A stretch of 64,000 nucleotides of DNA from an uncultured Desulfarculus sp. (GTDB lineage: Bacteria; Desulfobacterota; Desulfarculia; Desulfarculales; Desulfarculaceae): the NCBI GenBank assembly GCA_963665125.2, contig CAXXUK010000001.1:2464001-2528000 (forward strand). The letters run 5' to 3'. The position numbers and the translations under genes were made by a program. The notes beneath the pieces are model-generated. The model had not been told where the DNA came from. It worked only from the letters and a program-made list of their open reading frames with translations, and did not search any database. Below, one piece after another: positions 49,507-59,983 of this stretch (position 1 is its first letter; each line of letters begins with the position of its first letter).

Positions 49507-50172
49507 CTATTTGTTTTCAACTTTGGGTCTGCCCGAACGCTGCCAGGCGCTCCAATGAAGGTCCTGGGTCGCCACCGGGTCCTTGACCAATATGCCTTCC
49601 ATGACCACATCCAAAATGGGGTCAATCAACGATACGATGGAGCCCTTACGCCCGCTTAACAGCCAATTGGTGGTCACATGATCAACCGCGCCCATCAAAA
49701 CGGATCTGATAACATAAGGATTGCTGTCCGTGCGGAATTCGCCGTCCTTGATCCCGGTCTCGATTATTCTGGTGATCTTCCGGAACCCGTTGCGGATCAG
49801 ATGAAACGCCTCGGTTTCCCTGAATTTTTGGTTATGTTTGAGAATAAGCAGCACCACCGCCGCATAGTCGGGATTGTCCTCGTAAAGCGAGAGGTACATA
49901 TATACCGTCGCCCTAAGCTGGTTTGCCGCTCCGCGGATCAAATCCACATGCAGGTCGGCCTGCTCGGAATTGTTGCGGGTCACCTCCAAAGGAATGGCAA
50001 ACAGCACGCCCTCTTTACTGGAGAAATACTCATATATACTTCCTTCCGAAACCCCGGCCGCCCGGGCGATTTCGGCAATGGTGGCATCATGAAATCCTTT
50101 TTCGGCGAATTCGCTCTGCGCTGCCTCAAGGATCTTGGTTCGGCGTGCTTCCGTCTTAGTCTGGCTTGCCAA
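49507..50172 (-). CDS. TetR/AcrR family regulator (FadR/YsiA-like)
   Basis: FAEKGFHDATIAEIARAAGVSEGSIYEYFSSKE HTH. Confidence 0.92.
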   Translation of the reverse strand: MASQTKTEARRTKILEAAQSEFAEKGFHDATIAEIARAAGVSEGSIYEYFSSKEGVLFAIPLEVTRNNSEQADLHVDLIRGAANQLRATVYMYLSLYEDNPDYAAVVLLILKHNQKFRETEAFHLIRNGFRKITRIIETGIKDGEFRTDSNPYVIRSVLMGAVDHVTTNWLLSGRKGSIVSLIDPILDVVMEGILVKDPVATQDLHWSAWQRSGRPKVENK

Positions 50173-50324
50173 AAGGCTCCCCTTTCCCGGCCGTGCGGCC
50201 GTTGTAGCAATATACGAGGAGGAACTAAAGCACCTAACATGGCCTGATGGGGCGGGCGTCAGGGTTCAAAGGATCCAACAGACCCGCGACCGGCTTCTTT
50301 TGCAGTGCCCAACAATCTTTCTAT

Positions 50325-51977
50325 TTATGTTTGTTCCGCTTCTGCTCGTAATACTTTTCGCAAAATCTTACCAACCGCGCTTTTGGGCAATTCATCGCGA
50401 AATTCTATAATTTTAGGCGCTTTGTATGCCGCCAAGCGTTCCCGGCAAAAATCAATAATTTCCTGTTCCGTGGCGTTTTGGCCCTGATGCAGTACGACAT
50501 AGGCCTTGACGGTCTCGCCGCGGTATTCATCGGCCACACCTATGCTCACCGCTTCGGCGATTTTTGGGTGCTGGAACAATACCTCGTCGATTTCCCGCGG
50601 GTATACATTATAACCACCGGCAATGATCATGTCCTTCTTGCGGTCTACAATGTATAGATAGCCGTCTTGGTCCATCTGGGCAATATCGCCTGTATGAAGC
50701 CAGCCGTCAATAACTGCCTCGGCTGTCTCTTGGGGATTGTCCCAATATCCCTGCATAACCAAAGGTCCCTTGAACAAAAGCTCACCCGGTTGGCCCTGAG
50801 CGACCTCCTCGCCGCTGTCGGGGTCCACCAGCCGGATATCGCAATCCGGAAATGGGATGCCAATGCTGCCGGGTTTGTGCCGGCCCATCAGCGGAGTGGC
50901 AATGCCCAGGGATGTCGTCTCGCTCATGCCCCAACCCTCGCCGAAGTTGATCCCGAGATCGTTCACCTTTTCGATCAACTCAACCGGCATTGGCGCCGCG
51001 CCGCTATTGAGCAGTTGAAGCCGCTTGCCCAACTCAAGCTCCACGGTGCGTGGATGGGACACTATCGCGTTCATGATTGTGGGAACGCCGGGGAAAAAGC
51101 TTACGACCTCTTGTCCGGCCAGGATGTTCATCAGTTCATCAATATCAAAACGGGGCACCAGCACAATTGTGCAGAGCGAGTACATGGCGTAGTTCAAAAC
51201 GCAGATCTGGCCGTAGGCGTGGAAAAAGGGCATCAGCCCTATCACCACCTTGTCCTCCAGCCTGGCCATGTGCTCGGTGGCCCGGCCCCAGGCGTTAATG
51301 ACAACAGTGGCCGCCACCATGTTGGCGTGGGACAGGGTCGCTCCCTTTGGGGTGCCGGTGGTGCCGCCGGTGAAGATGATCACCGCCGGGTCTTCCGGCT
51401 CTATCTGCACCTTCGGCATCTTGGCTTCGGTGCTGCCGTTTAAAAGCTCGCTGAAATGCAGCCAGCCCTGGCTCAAGTCTAAATCCTGGGCCGTGCTGAC
51501 CCCAAAGCCGTCGATAAAATCGGTGGGCCGGGTTACCACGACGGCCGGCATGTCCACCTCGCGCGCCAGTTGACGCACTCCTTCCAGGACCATATCAAAG
51601 GTGACAAACAGCTTGGGCTTGGTCAGTTCAAGTACATGCTTTAATTCCGGCACGGTGTACATGGGATTGACATTGACCACCACCGCTCCGAGATGCAATA
51701 CGGCGTAATATGCAATGATATATTGGGGGATATTGGGCAGGTGCAAGGCCACCCTGTCGCCTTGGCCCACGCCAAGCCCCGCGAGAGCCCCGCACATGCG
51801 CAGGGCCAGTTGACGCATTTCATAAAAAGATATCTTAGTCCCGAAAAAATCCGTGGCCGCCTTGTCGCGGCCCATGGACGCGGCGATCCTCAGGAATTCA
51901 TGGGCCGGAATTTTTGGATAGCGCAAAGATGTCGGCACAAAGGGGTCATAATGGTCATGCCAGGGTCTGTGTTCCAT
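50325..51977 (-). CDS. Long-chain-fatty-acid--CoA ligase
   Basis: FTGGTTGTPKG, EGWGMSET, WLHTGD, DRKKDMI, LPKSAVGKILR. Confidence 0.93.
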   Translation of the reverse strand: MEHRPWHDHYDPFVPTSLRYPKIPAHEFLRIAASMGRDKAATDFFGTKISFYEMRQLALRMCGALAGLGVGQGDRVALHLPNIPQYIIAYYAVLHLGAVVVNVNPMYTVPELKHVLELTKPKLFVTFDMVLEGVRQLAREVDMPAVVVTRPTDFIDGFGVSTAQDLDLSQGWLHFSELLNGSTEAKMPKVQIEPEDPAVIIFTGGTTGTPKGATLSHANMVAATVVINAWGRATEHMARLEDKVVIGLMPFFHAYGQICVLNYAMYSLCTIVLVPRFDIDELMNILAGQEVVSFFPGVPTIMNAIVSHPRTVELELGKRLQLLNSGAAPMPVELIEKVNDLGINFGEGWGMSETTSLGIATPLMGRHKPGSIGIPFPDCDIRLVDPDSGEEVAQGQPGELLFKGPLVMQGYWDNPQETAEAVIDGWLHTGDIAQMDQDGYLYIVDRKKDMIIAGGYNVYPREIDEVLFQHPKIAEAVSIGVADEYRGETVKAYVVLHQGQNATEQEIIDFCRERLAAYKAPKIIEFRDELPKSAVGKILRKVLRAEAEQT

Positions 51978-52321
51978 TGTCTTCCCTTTTTCCGAAAATC
52001 CTCTACTTTGGGGGGGTGCTTCACCGAAATTAATAACGGGGCTCTCACTTTTAAGCCGATTACCGCAATTGTCCAGTGCCGTATCGTCATACTATCTATA
52101 ATCACAGTCATATATGTCAACTCTTTTTGCGGCCCTATATTATTTTTTGACTCATTTTTCTAGTCACTGCGCAAATATGCAAAACATTAACAAAGCCGCT
52201 TGCCGATTTTTCCGTATTCACGGGGAATATCAAATGTCTGGCTGATCAGTAGTTGATATCGGCAATGGCCATGGTCCATGATGTATCAGTTAACAGGTTT
52301 CTGCCTACACAGGGGGTTAGC

Positions 52322-54718
52322 ATGAAATTTGTAAAGTGGATCTTGGGGTTAATCGGCCTGGCGGTCGTTGGCTGCCTGCTGTTCATCTGGCTGGGCCTAC
52401 CGGCCTTGAACAGCTACCAAATGGACGGCGTACTAAAGTTCAAAGGTTTACAGGCCAACGTCACCATTGTCCGCGACGCCAAAGGCATGCCCTATGTCCG
52501 GGCCGAAAACCTCCACGACCTGATCATGGGCCAGGGGTTTGCCGCTGCCCAGGACCGCATCTTCGGCATGGATATGCTCAGGCGTTTTTCAGCGGGCCGT
52601 CTCTCGGAGGTCCTGGGTAAAACGACCATGGGCCTGGACATGCGCCAACGGACCCTGGGTTTCAGGCGCAACGCCGAAAAATGGGCCGCCATCCTGGACG
52701 CGAAAAACCGCGATTACCTTCAAGCATATGCTGACGGCGTCAACGCGTTTATCGAACAATGCGGAAACGACCTGCCCCTGGAATTCAAGCTAATGGGCTA
52801 CAAGCCCGAGCCCTGGACAATTGAAGACACCCTGGCCGCGACCCTGTTAATGAGTTGGCAGTCGTCGGCCAACATGCGCAGCGAAATACTCGCCCTGGCC
52901 CTTCAGGAAAAGCTGGGCCCGGAGGCGGCCAAGGCCCTGTACCCCATCAACATCAACCCGGACGATCCGGACCCGGCCCTGACCTTGGAGGACACCCTGC
53001 CGCAGATAATGCCCCAGAGCGGTGTGGCTCTGAGCCGTGATCCCCTGCTCAGACGGATGCTGGAGCGGGGCAGATTGGAAGTGGGCAGCAACAACTGGGT
53101 GGTCGGGCCCTCCCGTTCCCCAGGCGGCAAACCAATTGTCGTTAACGACCCGCACCTGAAATCCAATGTACTGCCCGGACCGTGGTGGCCCTGCGGCCTG
53201 ATCTCGCCGGACATCAGGGCGGTGGGCACCAGTATTGCCGGCATTCCGGGCATCGTCTCCGGGCGGACCAGCCACATTGCAATCGGCGTGACCAATGCAT
53301 ATGGCGACGCCCAGGAACTCTACATCGAAACCATTGATCCCAAAGACCACGGACGCTACATGGAAGGCGATCAATCGGTTGCCTTTACCATTATTAATGA
53401 TGCGGTGCGCGTCAAAGATCCCGAGGCGCCGGGCGGCTTCACCAAACATGAACTCAAGATACGCCTGACCAAGCGCGGACCCATCATCAGCAAGATATTC
53501 CCCGTCTTGCCGCAGGACAAAGCCGTCAGCGTGCGTTGGGCGGCCTATGAAACATTTACGTCCACCATCGCCATGGGCGACTTGCTGCTGGCCAAAAACG
53601 CCCAGCAGGTCAGCGATGCCATCGGCGAAAATACATACCTATGCCTGAATTTCGTATTTGCCGACACCCAGGGCAATATCGGCTGGCGGGTCGGCGGCAG
53701 GTTGCCCATCCGCTCCCAAGGCGACGGCACCATGCCGCTACGGGTCACAGGCGGCGGCGACAACTGGGTGGGCATGGTTCCGGCGGCCGAGATGCCCCAG
53801 GCCATGAACCCCAAAAAAGGCTGGCTGGGCACGGCCAACCACTACACCGTCGAACGCGACTACCAGCACCATTACTCCAGCCATGCCGCGCCCGGCTGGC
53901 GCTACCGCCGGATGATCGAGGTCATCAACTCCAAACCCAAGATGAGCGTTGATGATCACTGGGCCTTGATGCTCGACACCAAGAACATGATGGCCGCCCG
54001 GCTTGCTCCGATAATGGCCAAGGCCCTGGCCGGCTCCGACGACACCAAGGCAATGGCCGACGTGCTGGCCAAGTGGGATTTCTTCGACCGGGCCGACTCG
54101 GCCGCAGCGATGATCTTTCAGTCGGTGTACCGCCAGTTCGCCTACAACACCTTTGCCGAAAAACTGGGTCCCGAACTCACCTGGCTGATGCTGGACAATA
54201 TGTATTGGTGGCAGGAGCGTCTGGCCATGATGGTCAGCAAGGGTCAAAGCCCCTGGTTCGGCCAGGGCGGAATGGACGAGCTGTTCCGGCGTTCGGCCCG
54301 GGAGGTGCTGGCCGAACTCGGCCCCAAGCTGGGCAACGACCCGGCCAAATGGAAGTGGGGCGAGTTGCACCGGCTGATCTTCGTCAGCCCCCTGCGCCGG
54401 GAGGGCACAGGGCGGGATCTGCTGGGCGGGGGGAACTTCGCCTACCCCGGCTCCCAGGAGACCCTGCTCCGGGCGATCTACACCTATTCCAAGCCGTATG
54501 AGACCGACGTGATCGCCTCTTTACGCATGGTCGCCGACCTTTCCGACAACGAAAAGGTGGAAGCCATATTGCCCGGCGGCGTCACCGGGCGGCAGTTTTC
54601 TCCCCATTTCCACGATCAGGTGCCGACTTTTGTCGATGGCGGCAAGGACTACTGGTGGTTCAGCGACAAGGCAATTGCTGATAACGCCCAGCACGAGTTG
54701 CTGCTGAAATCCGAATAA
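52322..54718 (+). CDS. Penicillin acylase family (S45) Ntn-hydrolase with N-terminal anchor
   Basis: RDAKGMPYV, QGFAAAQDR, GSNNWVV (N-terminal nucleophile Ser), NDPHL, NFVFAD..GNIG, TAN. Confidence 0.92.
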   Translation: MKFVKWILGLIGLAVVGCLLFIWLGLPALNSYQMDGVLKFKGLQANVTIVRDAKGMPYVRAENLHDLIMGQGFAAAQDRIFGMDMLRRFSAGRLSEVLGKTTMGLDMRQRTLGFRRNAEKWAAILDAKNRDYLQAYADGVNAFIEQCGNDLPLEFKLMGYKPEPWTIEDTLAATLLMSWQSSANMRSEILALALQEKLGPEAAKALYPININPDDPDPALTLEDTLPQIMPQSGVALSRDPLLRRMLERGRLEVGSNNWVVGPSRSPGGKPIVVNDPHLKSNVLPGPWWPCGLISPDIRAVGTSIAGIPGIVSGRTSHIAIGVTNAYGDAQELYIETIDPKDHGRYMEGDQSVAFTIINDAVRVKDPEAPGGFTKHELKIRLTKRGPIISKIFPVLPQDKAVSVRWAAYETFTSTIAMGDLLLAKNAQQVSDAIGENTYLCLNFVFADTQGNIGWRVGGRLPIRSQGDGTMPLRVTGGGDNWVGMVPAAEMPQAMNPKKGWLGTANHYTVERDYQHHYSSHAAPGWRYRRMIEVINSKPKMSVDDHWALMLDTKNMMAARLAPIMAKALAGSDDTKAMADVLAKWDFFDRADSAAAMIFQSVYRQFAYNTFAEKLGPELTWLMLDNMYWWQERLAMMVSKGQSPWFGQGGMDELFRRSAREVLAELGPKLGNDPAKWKWGELHRLIFVSPLRREGTGRDLLGGGNFAYPGSQETLLRAIYTYSKPYETDVIASLRMVADLSDNEKVEAILPGGVTGRQFSPHFHDQVPTFVDGGKDYWWFSDKAIADNAQHELLLKSE

Positions 54719-54737
54719 AGGACCGGCCGGGCCGTGG

Positions 54738-57698
54738 TCAAGGCACCATGGTCCGGCTTTCCCTCAACAGGCTTGAAAGGTCTTCACTGCTGAGCGGCTT
54801 GCTGAAATAGTAGCCCTGCATCTGGTCGCAACGCCGCTGCCTCAAGAATTCCAGTTGTTCCCTGGTCTCGACACCCTCGGCCACCACCTGCAAGTTCAGG
54901 CTGCGGCTCATTGATATGATCGTATTGACAATGGAGGCGTCGTCGGGGTCGTTGGCCACATCGGCCACGAACGAGCGGTCGATCTTGAGCGTGCTCATGG
55001 GAAAACGCTTGAGGTGGTAAAGGGAACTGTAGCCCCGGCCAAAATCGTCCATGGACAGGCGCAGGCCCAGATCCGTAAGGGCCCTCATGGTGATGATGGC
55101 ATCCTCTACGCTGTGCATGACCACGCTTTCGGTTATCTCCAGTTCCAGGCAATTCGGCGGCAGGCCGGTCTTTTGCAAAATCCGCTTGATCTGCCTTACC
55201 AGGTCCTTGTCCTGAAACTGCCTCGGCGACAGGTTTACGGCCACATGCAGATCGCCATGGCCCTGAGCGTGCCACTCCCGGGTTGTCTTGCAGGCCTGTT
55301 CCAGGACCCAGGCGCCCAGAGGTATTATCAGGCCCGTCTCCTCGCAGATGGGGATGAACTCGTCCGGCGGCACCAGGCCGTGGCCGGGCCTGCGCCACCG
55401 CACAAGTGCCTCCACGCCGACCATGCGCTGGTGCTGGACATCGACCTTGGGCTGGTAATAGACCTCGAACTCGCGGCGTTCCAAGGCCTTGCGCAGGTCG
55501 GCCTCCAACGACATGCGCCGCTGGACCTTGTCGTTCATGGCCGGTTTGAACAGCTTGTATTTGTTGCGGCCCTCTTCTTTGGCCCGGAACATGGCCAAAT
55601 CGGCGCAGGAAACCAGGACCTCGGGATCCCGGCCGTCGTGGGGGTACATGGCGATGCCGATGCTCGTGGTGACGAACAGCTCGCGTTCTCTGATGAAAAA
55701 CGGCTTGCTGAATGCCGCCAGCACCCGCCGGGCCACATTCACGGTGAAGTCCGGATCGACCGCTCCTTGGAGCAGGACAATGAACTCGTCGCCGCCGAGC
55801 CTGGCCACCGAGTCCTGCTCCCGGACCATGCCGGACAGTCTCTGGGCCACGCTTTGCAACAAAATGTCCCCGGTGGCATGTCCCAGGGAGTCATTGATGT
55901 TCTTGAAGTTGTCCAGATCCAAAAACAGCAGGGCCACGCCCTGGCCACTGCGCTGGGCCTGGGCAATGGCCATGGACAAACGGTCGTTGAACAGGCTGCG
56001 GTTGGGCAGACCGGTCAGGGCATCGTGATAGGCCTGGTGGGTGATGCGCTCCTCGCTGCGCTTGGCCTCGGTTATATCGTGGAAAACTCCGACATAGTGG
56101 GTCACGTTGCCCTGTTGATCCTGAATGCCGGTTATGTTTAGCCACTCGGGGTAGGCTTCGCCATTGCGGCGGCGGTTCCAGATTTCGCCCTGCCAATGGC
56201 CTTGTTTTGTGAGTTCGCGCCACATCTGCTCGTAATAGCGCGAATCATGCCTGCCCGAAGACAGCATGGACGGCTTTTTACCGATGGCTTGGTCCCTCTT
56301 GTAGCCGGTGATGGCCACGAACGCGTCGTTGACCATCTCGATAACGCCCTGGATGTTGGTAACCATGATGCCTTCGACAGTGTTTTCAAAGACCCTGGCC
56401 AAAAGGCGCATCTGTTCTTCCGAGGCCCGCATTTCGGTGATGTCCTGGACAGCGCCGACCAATGATACGGTGTGGCCGCCCTCATCGCGGATGGCGCTTA
56501 CCACCTGACGGAGAATCCTCTGTTTGCCGCCGCCTATCACAACCCTGTGCTCGAAGCTTACGGCCCGGTCGAGATGCAGGGTGCTGTCTATGCAATCCTG
56601 GACGTATTGGGCGTCCTCCGGGTGAAAGCTCGCCAGGATTTTATCCAGCAAATTGTCCTGGTTTCGCGGCAATATACCGTAGATGTTCAAGATTTCCGGC
56701 GAGCAGGTGAACCTGTCGTCCCTGATGCGCAGCTCCCAATTGCCCAGGCCGGCCAGTTTCTGGGCCCGGGCCAGACTGGCCTCGCTGTTGCGCAGGGCCC
56801 GTTCGGCCCTCATCTGGCGGGTCATGTCCTTGAGCATGCCGACCATGCCCACCAGCTTGCCCTCGCCGTCAAAGTTAGGCGCCCCGCTCATTGCGAAGTG
56901 GCGCTCACGGCCTTGCTTGTCCACCAGAGGCCGGGTCACGTACAGGGTCTGTTTGCCGTCCCGAACCGTCTTGAACAATTTGCGGAATTCCGTGTCTTGG
57001 CCCTTTGGGGCAAAATCCACGAAATAATGTCCGATGACCTCGCCCGGTTCATGGCCCAAAATGCGCCGCCAGGCCTTGTTGACATAGGTGAAGGCGCCAT
57101 CTGGTCCAAGCGTGTAGATGATGTCCGGCGCGTTTTCACTAAGACTGCGGAACCGCTCTTCGCTCTGCCGGAGCGCCTCTTCCGAGCGCCGGCGCGCCGT
57201 CACATCCTCGACAACGCCATCCACCCAGCGGGGTTTTCCGTTGCCGTCAAAGTGGACAGCGGCGCTTACGCTGGCCCAGAAGATCTCCCCGCCCTTGCGG
57301 AGAAGGGGCAGTTCAAAGTTCCGCACGAAACGGGCCTTGATGATCTCCCTGGTAAAAAACAACCTCTCCTTTGGCTCGGGATACAGCAAGCCCATTGGCA
57401 CCTGGAGAAATTCCTCCACCGAGTCATAGCCGGCCATCTCGGCCAATGCCGGATTGGCCATGACAAAGGCGCCTTCGCCATCAACGGTCAAACGAAATAC
57501 GCCGACGTTGAGGTTGTCGAAAAGGCCGAGCATGCTGCTTTTAGCGTTGTTTCTCGGGGCCAGGCCGTCACCCTGTCTGGCGGCGGCAAGTACTCCTTCC
57601 TGCGTGGAAAGCAACTCAGCCGTCAGATTCTTGATTTTTTGCAGTGCATGCTGTAGTTGGCGTGAAAGGTCCAAGGAATCAGAGTTGGTAGGGGGCAT
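54738..57698 (-). CDS. PAS/PAC-GGDEF-EAL c-di-GMP enzyme
   Basis: Four PAS domains, HDALTGLPNR, RLGGDEF, EALVRW, ELEITES, DDFGRGYSSL, VAEGVET, QGY. Confidence 0.95.
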   Translation of the reverse strand: MPPTNSDSLDLSRQLQHALQKIKNLTAELLSTQEGVLAAARQGDGLAPRNNAKSSMLGLFDNLNVGVFRLTVDGEGAFVMANPALAEMAGYDSVEEFLQVPMGLLYPEPKERLFFTREIIKARFVRNFELPLLRKGGEIFWASVSAAVHFDGNGKPRWVDGVVEDVTARRRSEEALRQSEERFRSLSENAPDIIYTLGPDGAFTYVNKAWRRILGHEPGEVIGHYFVDFAPKGQDTEFRKLFKTVRDGKQTLYVTRPLVDKQGRERHFAMSGAPNFDGEGKLVGMVGMLKDMTRQMRAERALRNSEASLARAQKLAGLGNWELRIRDDRFTCSPEILNIYGILPRNQDNLLDKILASFHPEDAQYVQDCIDSTLHLDRAVSFEHRVVIGGGKQRILRQVVSAIRDEGGHTVSLVGAVQDITEMRASEEQMRLLARVFENTVEGIMVTNIQGVIEMVNDAFVAITGYKRDQAIGKKPSMLSSGRHDSRYYEQMWRELTKQGHWQGEIWNRRRNGEAYPEWLNITGIQDQQGNVTHYVGVFHDITEAKRSEERITHQAYHDALTGLPNRSLFNDRLSMAIAQAQRSGQGVALLFLDLDNFKNINDSLGHATGDILLQSVAQRLSGMVREQDSVARLGGDEFIVLLQGAVDPDFTVNVARRVLAAFSKPFFIRERELFVTTSIGIAMYPHDGRDPEVLVSCADLAMFRAKEEGRNKYKLFKPAMNDKVQRRMSLEADLRKALERREFEVYYQPKVDVQHQRMVGVEALVRWRRPGHGLVPPDEFIPICEETGLIIPLGAWVLEQACKTTREWHAQGHGDLHVAVNLSPRQFQDKDLVRQIKRILQKTGLPPNCLELEITESVVMHSVEDAIITMRALTDLGLRLSMDDFGRGYSSLYHLKRFPMSTLKIDRSFVADVANDPDDASIVNTIISMSRSLNLQVVAEGVETREQLEFLRQRRCDQMQGYYFSKPLSSEDLSSLLRESRTMVP

Positions 57699-57926
57699 CT
57701 ACTACCTCTTGGCATTTCCGTCAGCCGCTGGAAATTGATAACCGCGTAAATAACTTTTTCACATCACCGCGAAATCACTGAACATCGCCAGGCACCAATA
57801 CAATGCCAAAAAATGATCATAAAGGTCAACCCCTTCTATGGTTCCATTTGCACTTGGAGACATATTGGCCTAAGCTGCGATTGATACTAAGCAAATGCGA
57901 ATTGTGCAGGTGAGTGGAGACGTATT

Positions 57927-58388
57927 GTGTGCAAAATAATGGTTATTTTCCATAGCCAATCGGGCCACACGGAGCGCATGGCGAGGCAGGTCGCCGACGG
58001 CGTGGCTTCCATAGAAAACGTTGAGCTGATGTATAAAAAGGCCTCCGAGGCCACCCTGGACGACCTGTTGCAGTGCGACGGCCTGGCCATAGGATCACCG
58101 GAATACTTCGGCTATATGGCAGGCATGGTTAAAGATTTCTTTGACCGCACCTATGAGCGGGCAAGGGGCCGCAAAGAGATATTCAAAAAACCGTACGTGG
58201 TCTTTGTCAGCGCGGGCAACGACGGCACCCAGGCCGTATTCCAGATCGAACGCATCGCCCTGGGATACCAATTCAAAAAGGTGTATGAGCCGGTGGTGGC
58301 CGTCGGCGACCTAACCGACGACGACCTGGCCAAATGCCTTGAACTGGGCCAGACCCTGGCGGCGGGCTGCCAAGCGGGCATCTATTAA
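57927..58388 (+). CDS. Flavodoxin-like / WrbA-type FMN-dependent oxidoreductase
   Basis: HSQSGHTERMA and GSPEYFGYMAG.VKDFFD motifs. Confidence 0.88.
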   Translation: MCKIMVIFHSQSGHTERMARQVADGVASIENVELMYKKASEATLDDLLQCDGLAIGSPEYFGYMAGMVKDFFDRTYERARGRKEIFKKPYVVFVSAGNDGTQAVFQIERIALGYQFKKVYEPVVAVGDLTDDDLAKCLELGQTLAAGCQAGIY

Positions 58389-58395
58389 TAGTAGG

Positions 58396-59535
58396 CTAGG
58401 CCCACTTGTCGCCGTAGCCAAGGGCCAGGGCCGCGCAGGCAAGGCCCAGGATTTCGGCGTCGGTGGCCCCGGCGCGGGGGGCCAGCCTCCGGCGGTAGTC
58501 CGGCAGCCGGTCATGCTTACCGCTGACGGCCGCGGCCAGCACGGCGGCCTGGGCGGCAATTGCTTCCGGAGCGGCCTCTGGCGGCAAAACGCCCCAGACC
58601 AATTTGTCGCTGATGTGCATCAGGGCGGCGGCGGCGGCCACGGTGATTGGATCGCGGTTGATGGCGTCGTAATTCTGCCGAAACAGCAGGGCAAGGTCGG
58701 GCGCGAGGTTTGAGGCCACGGCGTCTTCAAAGGCCTGCCTGTCGGCCCCCAGGCGCTCCAGGTGGACCCGGCAGGAGCATTGTCCACCGGGCGTCAGTTC
58801 GTTTTGCAGGGCCAGGGTCTTGCCCAGCGATTCCATGACGACTTCGGCTATCAGCTGGCCCAGCTTGGTGTGCTTGGTGGGGCTGGTGACCGGCGCGCCG
58901 CCTAGGCGGCTGGCGATGACGATCTGATCGGTGCCGGTGCCCGTTGCCGGTCCGCCGCCATAGCGCGAATTGATGCCCAGTTCCTGCAACTTGGCCGTTT
59001 TGGCCTCGGCGGCCATGACCACGGCCCTGACCATGGCCCCAGGGGTGAGTTCCTGACTGATGAAGATCATGGCGTTGATGGTGCCGTGGCGGGGCGGCTC
59101 ATCGGTTTCCAGAAACTCGAACTCGCCGTCGTGCTCGTGATAGAGTGCCCTGTCCCCGGCCCTTCCGGCGTTGCCCTCCACCCCGGCGGTCTGGACGCAG
59201 GCCACGCTTAGCTCACGAAACGATGCCGTTGCAATGGCCGCGTTGTTCATATTGGCGGCCGTGGCCAGCCCGGCGCTTTTTTCGGGGGGTAACCCGGCGG
59301 CCTCACACACCACCATCCGGTAGGCCAGGGGGTCGCGCCAGGCATTGGCCTGTTCGTTGTGGTGTTCGCCGCAGGGCTCACAGACCTGATGGTTGTAGAC
59401 GTATTCCAGGTCATCGGTGATGCCCCCGGCCGCCCGGCAGGTGGATATCACCCGGTGCGGCGTAAGGAGTCGCCCATAGATGATCTTTTCGCCACGGTGG
59501 ATTTCCACGCCGTCATAATATGAGCCCAGCAGCAT
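58396..59535 (-). CDS. cbiZ: Adenosylcobinamide amidohydrolase
   Basis: ATAANM, TAGVEGNA, HGTIN, EAKTA.L, ATGTGTDQI, HTKLG motifs; divergent from a B12 riboswitch. Confidence 0.85.
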   Translation of the reverse strand: MLLGSYYDGVEIHRGEKIIYGRLLTPHRVISTCRAAGGITDDLEYVYNHQVCEPCGEHHNEQANAWRDPLAYRMVVCEAAGLPPEKSAGLATAANMNNAAIATASFRELSVACVQTAGVEGNAGRAGDRALYHEHDGEFEFLETDEPPRHGTINAMIFISQELTPGAMVRAVVMAAEAKTAKLQELGINSRYGGGPATGTGTDQIVIASRLGGAPVTSPTKHTKLGQLIAEVVMESLGKTLALQNELTPGGQCSCRVHLERLGADRQAFEDAVASNLAPDLALLFRQNYDAINRDPITVAAAAALMHISDKLVWGVLPPEAAPEAIAAQAAVLAAAVSGKHDRLPDYRRRLAPRAGATDAEILGLACAALALGYGDKWA

Positions 59536-59639
59536 AGCCAATCTCCCTATTTAGCAAAATCAGGCCAATCATAGGCCAAGAGGCTTGTTTGTGCAAATAT
59601 GCGCTTGACATGCCCTATATTATGACATAGAGGTTACGC

Positions 59640-59810
59640 AGATATTCGTGGCAGTACCCATTGGGGTATAAACGGGAAGACGGTGCGAATCCGTCGCGGT
59701 CCCGCCGCTGTAACCGGGAACGAAAACCGCAAATCAAGGCCACTGGTGGCTAAACCACTGGGAAGGCGCGGCAAGTAGGACGATCCGGAAGCCAGAAGAC
59801 CTGCTGCTTA
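59640..59810 (+). ncRNA. Cobalamin (B12) riboswitch
   Basis: AAACGGGAAGACGGTGCGAATCCGTCGCGGTCCCGCCGCTGTAA...GCCACTGG...CTGGGAAGGC...AAGCCAGAAGACCTGC (B12 box), upstream of a TonB receptor. Confidence 0.96.
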
Positions 59811-59909
59811 CGATGCAACGCTTTTTACCGGCGATGAACCGGTGTTGGCGCTCTCCCACGGAGGCATCAACAGGCGTTGCCGCCCGGGAGATAAAGAAGC
59901 AGGGTGCAG

Positions 59910-59943
59910 TCCCCGGTCCATTTTGATGGGCTGGGGATTTTTT
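59910..59943 (+). terminator. Expression-platform terminator of the B12 riboswitch
   Basis: TCCCCGGTCCAT-TTTG-ATGGGCTGGGGA followed by six T, 40 nt before the receptor ATG. Confidence 0.78.
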
Positions 59944-59983
59944 ATTCCCAGCCAAGGCGAACCAAGAAAAAGGGAGATTCAAC

